Shown here: in pieces, positions 10,999-19,372 of the stretch | How the letters are laid out: each line of letters begins with the position of its first letter | Position numbering within the stretch: the first letter of the stretch is position 1 | NCBI GenBank assembly: GCA_040081325.1 | Contig: JBEBGU010000001.1 | Coordinates: 1-48,086, forward strand | Source: Prosthecobacter sp. | GTDB lineage: Bacteria; Verrucomicrobiota; Verrucomicrobiia; Verrucomicrobiales; Verrucomicrobiaceae | Direction: 5' to 3' | Length of the DNA: 48,086 nucleotides | Program-made: the position numbers and the translations under genes | The notes under the pieces: model-generated | Told to the model about the DNA's origin: nothing | Database searches by the model: none | The model's input: the letters and a program-made list of their open reading frames with translations, nothing else

Positions 10999-13158
10999 TT
11001 ATCCATGCTTCTTGATCACCTGAATAAATTCAGGCAGATACGTCACGGCTTTCTTTTCACCGACTCCACGAATCTTCAGGGCTGATTCGATGCTCTTCGG
11101 TTTCAGGCGGGTGAGGAACTCCAGCGTTTGATTGCTGAAGACGACATAGGCGGGCACGCCTTCGGACTGGGCGATGGCGTTCCGGTGCTTCTTGAGCTTT
11201 TCAAAAAGGGCGTCATCAAAGCCCAGCTCGTGCATGGAAACTTCGGCGGCGGTGAGTTTGGTGCCCGGCTTGGTGGGCTGGGATGAGGCGGGCGTGGTGT
11301 CCGGCCAGATCATGCGGATGTTCCCGCCGGTGCGCATCAGCTCGCCGCCTTTGATGGTGAGTGAGACGAGCGGATACTCACCGGTGCTTGTCTCAATCAG
11401 GCCCTGCTTCTCGATTTCGCCGAACAAAGGATGCAATGCATTTGTGCCGATGTGCTTGAGCAATCCATACGTCGTGAGCTTGTCGAGTCCGGCATCGACG
11501 ATCTCCTTCGACTTGCTGCCGACGAGCATTTGAATGATGCGGCCTTTGCCAAAGCGGCCTTCCCACGCGCCATCAGCCCGCTTCGTGGACATGCGCGCGA
11601 TGCCGCTGAGGGTTTGCCGGAGCATGGTGACTTCTTCGGCGTTGCCTTCACGCAAGGTCTGCACGCCGCTGCGGCGGCAGATGTCGCAAGTGCCGCAGGG
11701 CTGGCTTTCATGCTCGCCAAAGTAAGCGAGGATCTGCTGCTGCCTACAACGCTGCTCGTCATAGCAGAGATCAATGATGGCTTTGAGCTTACCGCGATCT
11801 CGGCGCTCTTTGTCACGGAGTGCAGCAGCGTCGAGCTTTAGATGCCGCGCTAAAACATTCGGCTGAAGCAGGCGCGTGCCACGGATGCGGCGACCGGGGA
11901 TGTCGTAGCGCTCGATGTAGCCAGCGCGTGATAGATGACCGAGCGCGGAGCTGACGGCCATGCTGTTTTTCAGTGCGGCATAGTCGGTTAGGTCATCAAT
12001 GCTGGCCTCCACTTCATGCTGCGTATCAGCTTTGTTTAAAAGAGCCTGATAGATGCTGGTGATGACTTCAGCAGTGGGATTGGCGCCGTCGATGAAGAAG
12101 TCCTGTGTTTTTGTGTCCGCAAAGTTGAAGAACAACTCGCACCAGGATGGCTCGCCATCGCGACCTGCACGCCCGGCTTCCTGATAGTAGGCTTCGACAC
12201 TGCCGGGGATGTCGAAATGCACGACGAAGCGCACGTCACTGCGGTCAATGCCCATGCCAAAGGCATTCGTGGCAACGGCGACGTCGTGCTTCTTGCTGAT
12301 GAATTTGTTTTGCCGGTCCTCGCGCTCCTTGTCATCCAGCCCGCCGTGATACTGGATCGCCTTCACGTTCATCTCGCGCAGCGTGTCGCCGACTTCTTCG
12401 ACCTTCTTCCGGGTGGAGCAGTAGATGATGCCGGTTTTGTATTGCCCGATGATCTGTTTGAGCCGCGCATATTTCTCATCCGCCTTCTTCGTGTGCGTGA
12501 CATTGAGGCTGAGGTTCGGACGCTGGAAACCACGGATGGTGATGAAGGGATCACGCAGGTCGAGCACGCGCGCGATGTCATCCCGCACCTCCGGCGTGGC
12601 TGTTGCAGTGAGTGCCACGACCTGCGGACGACCCAGTTGCTCCAGTGCTTCGCCTAACCGGAAGTAGTCGGGCCTAAAATCATGGCCCCATTGAGAAAGG
12701 CAGTGCGCCTCATCAACCGCAAAGAGGCCGATCTCGACCTGCTGCATGGCATTCAGAAACATCCGACTGCGGAAGCGCTCGGGTGCGACATAGACCAGCT
12801 TGTATTCACCCCGCCGTAGCGATGCAATGCGGTCTTGCTGCTCGCTGAGTGACAGCGTGCTGTTGATCACGGTAGCTGGAATGCCGCGTCGCTCCAGCGC
12901 ATCCACCTGATCCTTCATCAGAGCGATGAGTGGACTGACGACAATGGTCACGCCTTCCATCACCATCGCGGGGAGCTGGTAGCAGAGCGACTTTCCGCCG
13001 CCGGTGGGCATGATCACCATGGTGTCACGACCACTGAGAATGTTCGCCATCACCGTCTCCTGGCCGTCGAGGAACTCGCGAAAGCCAAAGTACTTCCGCA
13101 ATGCCTCGCGGGCATCGTGGATCGGGGTGGATTCGGCAGTGGGGAGTTCGGTTTCCAA
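10999..13158 (-). CDS. recQ: ATP-dependent DNA helicase RecQ with RQC and HRDC domains
   Basis: [55 protein letters not shown] zinc site, HRDC ([12 protein letters not shown]). Confidence 0.95.
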   Translation of the reverse strand: METELPTAESTPIHDAREALRKYFGFREFLDGQETVMANILSGRDTMVIMPTGGGKSLCYQLPAMVMEGVTIVVSPLIALMKDQVDALERRGIPATVINSTLSLSEQQDRIASLRRGEYKLVYVAPERFRSRMFLNAMQQVEIGLFAVDEAHCLSQWGHDFRPDYFRLGEALEQLGRPQVVALTATATPEVRDDIARVLDLRDPFITIRGFQRPNLSLNVTHTKKADEKYARLKQIIGQYKTGIIYCSTRKKVEEVGDTLREMNVKAIQYHGGLDDKEREDRQNKFISKKHDVAVATNAFGMGIDRSDVRFVVHFDIPGSVEAYYQEAGRAGRDGEPSWCELFFNFADTKTQDFFIDGANPTAEVITSIYQALLNKADTQHEVEASIDDLTDYAALKNSMAVSSALGHLSRAGYIERYDIPGRRIRGTRLLQPNVLARHLKLDAAALRDKERRDRGKLKAIIDLCYDEQRCRQQQILAYFGEHESQPCGTCDICRRSGVQTLREGNAEEVTMLRQTLSGIARMSTKRADGAWEGRFGKGRIIQMLVGSKSKEIVDAGLDKLTTYGLLKHIGTNALHPLFGEIEKQGLIETSTGEYPLVSLTIKGGELMRTGGNIRMIWPDTTPASSQPTKPGTKLTAAEVSMHELGFDDALFEKLKKHRNAIAQSEGVPAYVVFSNQTLEFLTRLKPKSIESALKIRGVGEKKAVTYLPEFIQVIKKHG

Positions 13159-13231
13159 GACGGTACTTCATGCGAAGGAACCGGCTTCGGCGCAAGTGGC
13201 GTATGCATTGGCGTGTGCTACTCTTGCCGCC

Positions 13232-14098
13232 ATGCGCTTGATCTTTGGCTTTCTGATTCTTCTCTCGTCCCTGAGTAGTTACGCGCAGGTCACAGGGCTG
13301 GCAGCCTGGGCAGGATCGGTCACAAAAGGGCCGCTGGGTGCATTCCCACCACTGGCTCCATGCCGCATCGTCTATGATCTGAGTTGGAATAATCTCGTCT
13401 CCGCTGGCACTGCCAAGATCCGCTTTCAGGAACTGGATGGCCGCTGGGTAGCACGTGCCGAAGCCGGCACGAATGGCCTGGCCCGTGCCCTGTGGCGCTA
13501 CGACTGCAACATGGCCAGCGTGCTGGACTCCGCTGTGCTGCGTTCTCTTTATATGGAGCACAGCGAGACCGACTCTGCCGAGACGGTCAGCTACCGGGTG
13601 CAGTTCCGCGTCAGCGATGTGCTGACCGAGGCCACGGTGAGTCCTAAAGACGGCACGCCTGTGCTGAAATACAGCTGCTGTCCTTATGCACCGGTGGATG
13701 ATCTTCAGTCCGCCATTCTCTATCTGCGTAGCCAACCGCTCGCCGTGGGTGATGCCATCACGCGAGTCATCCAGCCCTTTGATCGGCCTTATCTAGCCAC
13801 CTTCACCGTCATGGCTCGCGAGTCACGTAAAGTCGATGGCAAGGCCTATCCAACGATTCGTTTGGATGTGAAGATCCGCAGGCTCGACACCACCAAGCTC
13901 GAACTCGCCAGCTACAAGAAGATGAAGACCGCCACCATCTGGGTCAGCGATGACGCCTGGCGTCTCCCCGTAGAAATGCACGCCAGCATCTGGGTTGGTT
14001 TTATCTCTGCCACACTGACCAAACGCGAATGGCTCACCGGCCCTGATGCCAAAGCCACCCTGCCGCCGTCCATGGTGGTGAAGGTGAAGGAGAAGTGA
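13232..14098 (+). CDS. Secreted DUF3108-like protein
   Basis: ATG at 13232 with signal peptide MRLIFGFLILLSSLSSYA; YDLSWNNLVSAG and IWVSDDAWRLPVEM motifs. Confidence 0.75.
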   Translation: MRLIFGFLILLSSLSSYAQVTGLAAWAGSVTKGPLGAFPPLAPCRIVYDLSWNNLVSAGTAKIRFQELDGRWVARAEAGTNGLARALWRYDCNMASVLDSAVLRSLYMEHSETDSAETVSYRVQFRVSDVLTEATVSPKDGTPVLKYSCCPYAPVDDLQSAILYLRSQPLAVGDAITRVIQPFDRPYLATFTVMARESRKVDGKAYPTIRLDVKIRRLDTTKLELASYKKMKTATIWVSDDAWRLPVEMHASIWVGFISATLTKREWLTGPDAKATLPPSMVVKVKEK

Positions 14099-14141
14099 CC
14101 GCTTGAAGTTCGGGCTTCAATGTGTGCTCGGGATTCGGGGA

Positions 14142-14198
14142 ACCGTCTGAAGCCGGTGCTCCGTACGCTCAGAGTTCGGAGCACCGCCTTCAGGCGGT
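14142..14198. repeat. REP-like inverted doublet
   Basis: ACCGTCTGAAGCCGGTGCTCCGTAC (14142-14166) and GTTCGGAGCACCGCCTTCAGGCGGT (14174-14198) are inverted copies with 3 mismatches; the right arm contains the hairpin ACCGCC-TTCA-GGCGGT. Lies between convergent genes. Confidence 0.8.
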
Positions 14199-14211
14199 CT
14201 TTGAAGGTGGC

Positions 14212-14955
14212 TCACTCCGTCACCACAAACATCCCCGCAAACGTGTTCGGCGTGAACTTCGTGCCTGGGGCAGGGGAGGTGATCATCTGGGAGATGTCGC
14301 CATCGAGATACAGTGCGTCCTGGCAGCCGAGGTGTAGAAAGTGGCGAGCGAGTTGATGAAAGGTGACACGGCCTTTCACTCGATCCTCGCGATCACTCAT
14401 CACAAACACAATCTCCTTGGTTTTCGTCACCACACCCACCGCGCTGCGCTGCCTCAGGTTAGGCGAGTTCGCGTTGAAGGCAGGGTGAATGACACCCTTC
14501 CGCAGGATCAGCGGACCCGATTGATTCGCGAGGCGCGGCTTGATCGTGAGTGATGGATACTCACCCGCCTCCACGATTCCCGGTCCCGTTTGATCATCCA
14601 GATAAAACACCCCATTCGGCTTCAGGAAGAAATTCCCCTCACCGTCCGCGAGATTCAGCGGCACCAGTTCTTTTCCATCACAGATGGTTAGCCCGCAGGG
14701 CTTGGGTCCTTGCTCATAGATCCCCGCATTCGTGGCAAAGGCGATCTTCTTTCCCTCGCGGTCGAGCTGCTGCTGGAGTGCGCCGAAGTTCGACAGCGGC
14801 TTGCCCGCATCATCCAGCCAGCGCAGATGCAGCCTCGACTGATGTGCCACCGGCACGCGATAGACCTGATACAATGCGCCTTCGTATTCGAGGGCGTCCG
14901 CACCGAGCATTGCTGGCGCAAAGGCGAGGCCGAGGAACGTGAGGAGGCGGTGCAT
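14212..14955 (-). CDS. Phosphodiester glycosidase family protein (YigE/DUF2233-like)
   Basis: Signal peptide; FATNAGIY, GNFFLKPNGVFY, QSGPLI, RSAVGV, ALYLDGDIS. Confidence 0.88.
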   Translation of the reverse strand: MHRLLTFLGLAFAPAMLGADALEYEGALYQVYRVPVAHQSRLHLRWLDDAGKPLSNFGALQQQLDREGKKIAFATNAGIYEQGPKPCGLTICDGKELVPLNLADGEGNFFLKPNGVFYLDDQTGPGIVEAGEYPSLTIKPRLANQSGPLILRKGVIHPAFNANSPNLRQRSAVGVVTKTKEIVFVMSDREDRVKGRVTFHQLARHFLHLGCQDALYLDGDISQMITSPAPGTKFTPNTFAGMFVVTE

Positions 14956-14975
14956 GAGGATTATGGGAGTGATGA

Positions 14976-15314
14976 TCACGCCGCCTCCAGTTCGAGAAGA
15001 GCGATCTGACTGTACTCACGCCCCTTGGCTTTCTGCGCTTCTTCGAGATCAAAGGCGCGTTGCAGATTGAGCCAGAGGTCCACGGAAGTTCCCAGCGCCT
15101 TGCTGAGACGGATGGCGCTGTCCACCGTGATGCCGCGGCGCTCTTTGACGAGGTCGTTGATTCGGCTAACTGGCAGGCCGGTGGCAGCGGCGAGTTGCGT
15201 TTGCGTGATGCCGCGTTCTTCGAGGACTTCCTTTCGCAGGATGCGTCCGGGATGAATGCTCGGCAGGCGCTTCGATGACACACTGCGCTTTGGGGTTTTG
15301 GGGGTGGCTTTCAT
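14976..15314 (-). CDS. higA: HigA antitoxin (XRE HTH)
   Basis: IHPGRILRKEVL...ITQTQLA...RRGITVDSAIRLSKALGTSVDLWLNLQRAFDL. Confidence 0.93.
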   Translation of the reverse strand: MKATPKTPKRSVSSKRLPSIHPGRILRKEVLEERGITQTQLAAATGLPVSRINDLVKERRGITVDSAIRLSKALGTSVDLWLNLQRAFDLEEAQKAKGREYSQIALLELEAA

Positions 15315-15317
15315 AGG

Positions 15318-15605
15318 TCAGTGGTAATCAGTGATTTCGACGGCGGTGACGGTGATCTTTTCGGCATTCCAGAGAAAGCAGATCCGCCATTGTTTATTGA
15401 TGCGGACACTCCACTGGCCCTTGCGATTGCCGCTGAGCTTCTCAGCGCGCAGGGAGGGGAAGGCCCACAAGTCCTCGATCCGCACCATGGCATCCAGCAG
15501 CGCCAGTTTTTCACGGGCACTCTCCTGGATGTCGCGCGGCAGCTTGCGGCTCACCTCGCCACGGAAAATCTTTTCCGCTTCACGGTCGGCGAATGAGTCG
15601 ATCAT
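15318..15605 (-). CDS. higB: HigB toxin (RelE/ParE family)
   Basis: MIDSFADREAEKIF...LRAEKLSGNRKGQWSVRINKQWRICFLW...EITDYH; toxin-first order. Confidence 0.93.
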   Translation of the reverse strand: MIDSFADREAEKIFRGEVSRKLPRDIQESAREKLALLDAMVRIEDLWAFPSLRAEKLSGNRKGQWSVRINKQWRICFLWNAEKITVTAVEITDYH

Positions 15606-15687
15606 GGCTTCATTTTAACCAAAACCGGAAAGGCGTCCAGCCATCTTTCCACAGGCGATCAAGGTTGGGTCTAACCGAAATTATTCC

Positions 15688-16470
15688 TTACGGCGTCGGT
15701 GGCACCGGCGGCTCGGGCTCTTCCGCGCTCGCAGGATTTTCCAGCAGGTGCTGCTGCATATAGATCGTCATCTTCTCGGGCTGGCGGGGGAACATTTCCA
15801 TGAGCTTGCAGAGGTTCAGGTAAAGCATCAGTTGCAGGCCATCACGCGCCATTTTCTTGCCATCCTGCGTCGTGGATGTGGAACCGGTCGAGGCCTCGCT
15901 GGCTGCATAAATGGTCAGCCAGCTCGCCTTCAGCGCAGTCGTCAAGGTCACGATGGCAGGCACCAGGTCGGCTTGATGCGCGGTCACCGCTTGCAGCAGG
16001 ATGTCCAGCTTTGACTCCACCTGATCATCACGGCACTCCTGAAAGATCGAGCGGCCATTGGGCAGCGCCTCCAGGATCACTGGCGAATCTGCACCATAGG
16101 CACTGACAAAGGCACCCTCGATGCGCGCCACATCACGCGGGATCGTGATCTCACGGTAGTTGTCCTTCGCCAGCTTCCGCGCCTTGCGGATCGCCAGCCG
16201 CGCATCGTTGTCCGTCACACAATCGGCGAAGAGATCAAAGGCGCTCTGCGTCGCTGTGATGCGCACCGTCAGTTCGTTATTCTCATTGTTCGCGATCATC
16301 CGCGCCAGATGATCCGTGGTGAAAGCGGCCAGTTCGGCCTCGCTGATTCTCTTGTCATCAAACGGGTTGTCGAGGAAGTGGGCTAAGTCTCTCATGGTGC
16401 TGGATGGGTTGCCATCTGGAGTGTCAAAGCGAGCGCCGCTGTCAAAAAAGCTGAAGTCAAAGCGTGCCAT
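15688..16470 (-). CDS. Hypothetical helical protein with an N-terminal FD-repeat tag
   Basis: 260-aa ORF; N-terminus MARFDFSFFDSGARFD, internal Met26, Pro-rich tail. Confidence 0.8.
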   Translation of the reverse strand: MARFDFSFFDSGARFDTPDGNPSSTMRDLAHFLDNPFDDKRISEAELAAFTTDHLARMIANNENNELTVRITATQSAFDLFADCVTDNDARLAIRKARKLAKDNYREITIPRDVARIEGAFVSAYGADSPVILEALPNGRSIFQECRDDQVESKLDILLQAVTAHQADLVPAIVTLTTALKASWLTIYAASEASTGSTSTTQDGKKMARDGLQLMLYLNLCKLMEMFPRQPEKMTIYMQQHLLENPASAEEPEPPVPPTP

Positions 16471-16596
16471 GGCCTACAGATGAATTTTGGTTAACTGCGG
16501 CAAGACTACTCAATGATCAGTCAACGAGTCAATCCTTCATTACAGAGCTAAGAAAAATTTCTTTTCAAGCCGCACGCCTTTTGAGAGGTTCAACCC

Positions 16597-17574
16597 ATGG
16601 ACGGACAATTCCTTCCCCCTAACGTTATGAAACCCTCACCCATTTGGACCGTCGAAAAGATTCTGGAAGCCTTCGCCCAGTCACAGGCTGATGCCTGCCC
16701 GCGTGAGGCTATTGATGCGGCGCATGATCATCAAGAGGCGTTGATCCCGCATCTCCAGGCGGCGGTGGATCAGGCACATGCCTTGTCCTCAGCCGGTCGG
16801 CTTCAGCAGGAGGGAGACTGGCGGCCTCATTCCTTTGCCCTGCACCTCCTCGCCGCTTGGCGCATACCCGGCACTTATGAACGCATCATGCACGGCCTCA
16901 CGCTGGCAGACCGCTACGACAGCCGCTGGCTCATGGGGGAAGCCTATCGTGATTGGCCGCACCTTCTCGTCACCACCTTTGATGGGGATGTGCCCAGGCT
17001 CATGGCCATTGTCAGTGATGAGAATCCAGCCTGGTCTTGCGAGCTGCGCCAAGGCATTCTCCTCACCTTGAGCGGCATCTATCACTATGACCTCGCCGAC
17101 CGCAGCCTCATCCAGGACGGCTTTGACGCCCTTTTGGATAACTTGGAGGACGCGCTGCTGCTCGAGACTTTGATGCAGCAGGTGGCCCTGCTAAAGATTC
17201 ATGACCTCTTGCCCAAAGTCTGGGGACTCCTCCGCACCAGCCCATTGCGCAAAAAGCTATCCAAACTCGATATCCAAAGCTCTTTTGAAAGAAGTTGGGA
17301 TGCAGGCTTCACGGTGTCCGCCTCTCAGGGCACCCCTATTCAAAACCCACGCGAGGACCTCGCCGTCCTCATACAGAGCTGGCACGTCTTCCTTCCACCG
17401 CTGGAAATGGACCCTGAGGAAGCGTGTCACCCCGCCATCGCACGAATGATCGCCTATGAGGACGAGGTGTCCGACTACACCTGCCGACCCACCCCCTTCA
17501 TCCTGCGCAAACGCACCCTCCCCTGCACCTGCCGCAGCGGCCTCCCCTATGGAGCCTGCTGCGCGCAAAGGTGA
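16597..17574 (+). CDS. DUF1186-like protein with C-terminal SEC-C motif
   Basis: PREAIDAAHDHQEALIPHL, FALHLLAAWR, FDGDVPRL; ends CTCRSGLPYGACC. Confidence 0.75.
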   Translation: MDGQFLPPNVMKPSPIWTVEKILEAFAQSQADACPREAIDAAHDHQEALIPHLQAAVDQAHALSSAGRLQQEGDWRPHSFALHLLAAWRIPGTYERIMHGLTLADRYDSRWLMGEAYRDWPHLLVTTFDGDVPRLMAIVSDENPAWSCELRQGILLTLSGIYHYDLADRSLIQDGFDALLDNLEDALLLETLMQQVALLKIHDLLPKVWGLLRTSPLRKKLSKLDIQSSFERSWDAGFTVSASQGTPIQNPREDLAVLIQSWHVFLPPLEMDPEEACHPAIARMIAYEDEVSDYTCRPTPFILRKRTLPCTCRSGLPYGACCAQR

Positions 17575-17645
17575 ACCCCCATTCCCAGCGACCCTATCTA
17601 GGAATCTTGGGAAGACGTGCCTGCCAGCCGAATTTCAGGGTAACC

Positions 17646-17910
17646 CTTCCGAAAACTGCAAGTGCCGAGGATCTCGATGGAAGGCCATTGCGAAAACTTG
17701 CGGGTGCCGTGGACCGCGATGGAGGGCCGCTGCAAAACTCGCAGCTGCCGTGGACCGCGATGGAAGGTCATTGCAAAAACTTGCGCATGCCGTGGACCGC
17801 GATGGAAGGCCGCTGCGAAACTCGCAGGTGCCGTGGACCGCGATGGAGGGCCGTTGCAAAAATTTGCAGGTGCCGTGGACCGCGATGGGAAGGGCTTCCG
17901 AAAACTCGGG
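17646..17910. repeat. Tandem array of about 6 units of 41/42 bp
   Basis: Units (g)TGCCGTGGACCGCGATGGARGGCCRYTGCRAAA(A)CTYGCAG start at 17662, 17704, 17745, 17787, 17828, 17870 (spacings 42, 41, 42, 41, 42). Confidence 0.95.
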
Positions 17911-18006
17911 GATGGCGGGGGAAGAGAAGGGGACTAGTTCGGCGAATTTGGCGGCAGCAATGTATTCAAAAGAACACATGCGCCACATTTCCTGAGTGCC
18001 GAAAGA

Positions 18007-18579
18007 TCAGCCGCCCCAATCCAACTTCAGATACCAGTTTGGGACTATTTTTCTATAAACACCCTCTGACTCGGGTGCATCGAGAACAAAGTTCTCAATG
18101 CTTGGCACGAGCCTGGGGGGAGTCTGATGACTGAAATAAAAGCTCTTGGTACTACTGCTCATGACCATGCCTTCACTTTGAAAGATCATCCGCAAACCCC
18201 AGTCTGAGGCTGGGCCGTTCAAAGCTGATAAACCCAGATTTGTCATGAGTTGACGAATGGCCAGCCTGTCCAGGTCCTCGTTTGGCACGGCATTTTTGGG
18301 GATCACTTCGTCGCGCTTGAGGTCATAATACTCGAGGTGTTTTTTCGCTTCAATGAGATGCCTGAGTTGCTCGAAGGCCTCTTGGTGGGCTAGGAAGAAC
18401 TGGATAGAAGAATCATCCGAGTCAGCTCGAAAAGGCAAATCGGACTTCTCGCTAGAACTTGGTAGGGGGAAGATGAGCAGAGCGAACAGGGCGACACCCA
18501 GTCCAAGAAGCATCACGAGTGCCACAAGGCAACCGTGATTAATTTCCCCTGCATTGGAGGTCTTTCTTTGGATCAACAT
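18007..18579 (-). CDS. Hypothetical membrane-anchored protein
   Basis: 190-aa ORF with one N-terminal hydrophobic helix (GCLVALVMLLGLGVALFALLIF). Confidence 0.7.
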   Translation of the reverse strand: MLIQRKTSNAGEINHGCLVALVMLLGLGVALFALLIFPLPSSSEKSDLPFRADSDDSSIQFFLAHQEAFEQLRHLIEAKKHLEYYDLKRDEVIPKNAVPNEDLDRLAIRQLMTNLGLSALNGPASDWGLRMIFQSEGMVMSSSTKSFYFSHQTPPRLVPSIENFVLDAPESEGVYRKIVPNWYLKLDWGG

Positions 18580-18602
18580 GGAATGGCGGGTTCTTCGTGA
18601 AC

Positions 18603-18696
18603 TTACCCCTTCCTCAACATCACCGCCAGCAACGAAATCTTCGCGGGGGTGACGCCCTGAATCCGCGCGGCTCGGCCGAGGGTGGTGGGGCGGATC
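18603..18696 (-). pseudogene. Diverged duplicate of the mnmG 3' end
   Basis: 94 bp aligning without gaps to 19373-19466 (13 mismatches by my count); encodes [30 protein letters not shown]. Confidence 0.92.
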
Positions 18697-19105
18697 ATTG
18701 GCTGCGATTGAGCAGCAATGCCTGGAAGCCGGCTTGCTGAAAGTGGTGGTCGGCAGTCAGGACTTCTGCGATGGTGAACTGAGTCATCACGGTCATGGAT
18801 AGGCAATCGGTGACTGACCAATGCTTGTCCGGCCTCTGCCTGAAAAGCTCAAGTCCTTCATTCAAGAGTGGCTGGGACGCCGGGATGATCTCATAAACTG
18901 AAGCTTTTCGCATCATCGTCACAAGGGCAAGGTAATCGCTGCGATCTTCGGGGGCTGAGAGAGCATTTCCCAATTCGAGTAGAATGTAATCCGTGGTGTA
19001 GATGCGCTGCCACGGCCGCCGCGCTAACTGCCGAGCTTCCTCGTGAGCGGCATCGCGACTGTCGAGCAACGCCAGAAAGAAGAAGGTGTCAGCGAAGACC
19101 TTCAT
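18695..19105 (-). CDS. vapC: VapC-family PIN domain toxin
   Basis: MKVFADTFFFLAL...TTDYILLELGN...WSVTDCLS...LTADHHFQQAGF; ATG at 19105 overlaps the upstream stop. Confidence 0.92.
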   Translation of the reverse strand: MKVFADTFFFLALLDSRDAAHEEARQLARRPWQRIYTTDYILLELGNALSAPEDRSDYLALVTMMRKASVYEIIPASQPLLNEGLELFRQRPDKHWSVTDCLSMTVMTQFTIAEVLTADHHFQQAGFQALLLNRSQ

Positions 19106-19323
19106 GCGCGGTGAGTAGCCGAGAGATGTGTATCCAAATCTCGTGCGTAGCCCTCTGGCCATTGACGCGGACGGGCTAATTGATCCACCGCACTCAACCA
19201 GTCGATGGATTCAGCGGGTGCTGATTCGATCTCCACGCTTAGCGTGACTTTAGCGCCCTCGGGTAAGGTGACCGGATCTGTCAAAACGACTTGGCCATTT
19301 TGGATGGTGCCAGTGAAGCTCAT
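19102..19323 (-). CDS. Putative antitoxin (AF2212/DUF104-like)
   Basis: MSFTGTIQNGQVVLTDPVTLPEGAKVTLSVE...; ATGA-coupled to the PIN toxin. Confidence 0.8.
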   Translation of the reverse strand: MSFTGTIQNGQVVLTDPVTLPEGAKVTLSVEIESAPAESIDWLSAVDQLARPRQWPEGYARDLDTHLSATHRA

Positions 19324-19372
19324 GACCTTATTTTGCGCTGATTCATGAAGATAGGCAAGCCTTGGTTTTACC

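Noticed and set aside
17646-17910. CRISPR array
   Set aside because: Units are near-identical along their whole length with no unique spacers, and there are no cas genes in the window.
17456-18134. ORFs spanning the 41/42-bp array
   Set aside because: The same peptides rotate through all three frames because of the 41-bp units; they are by-products of the repeat.
18603-18821. 72-aa ORF as a gene
   Set aside because: Chimera of an alternate vapC frame and the duplicated mnmG tail.
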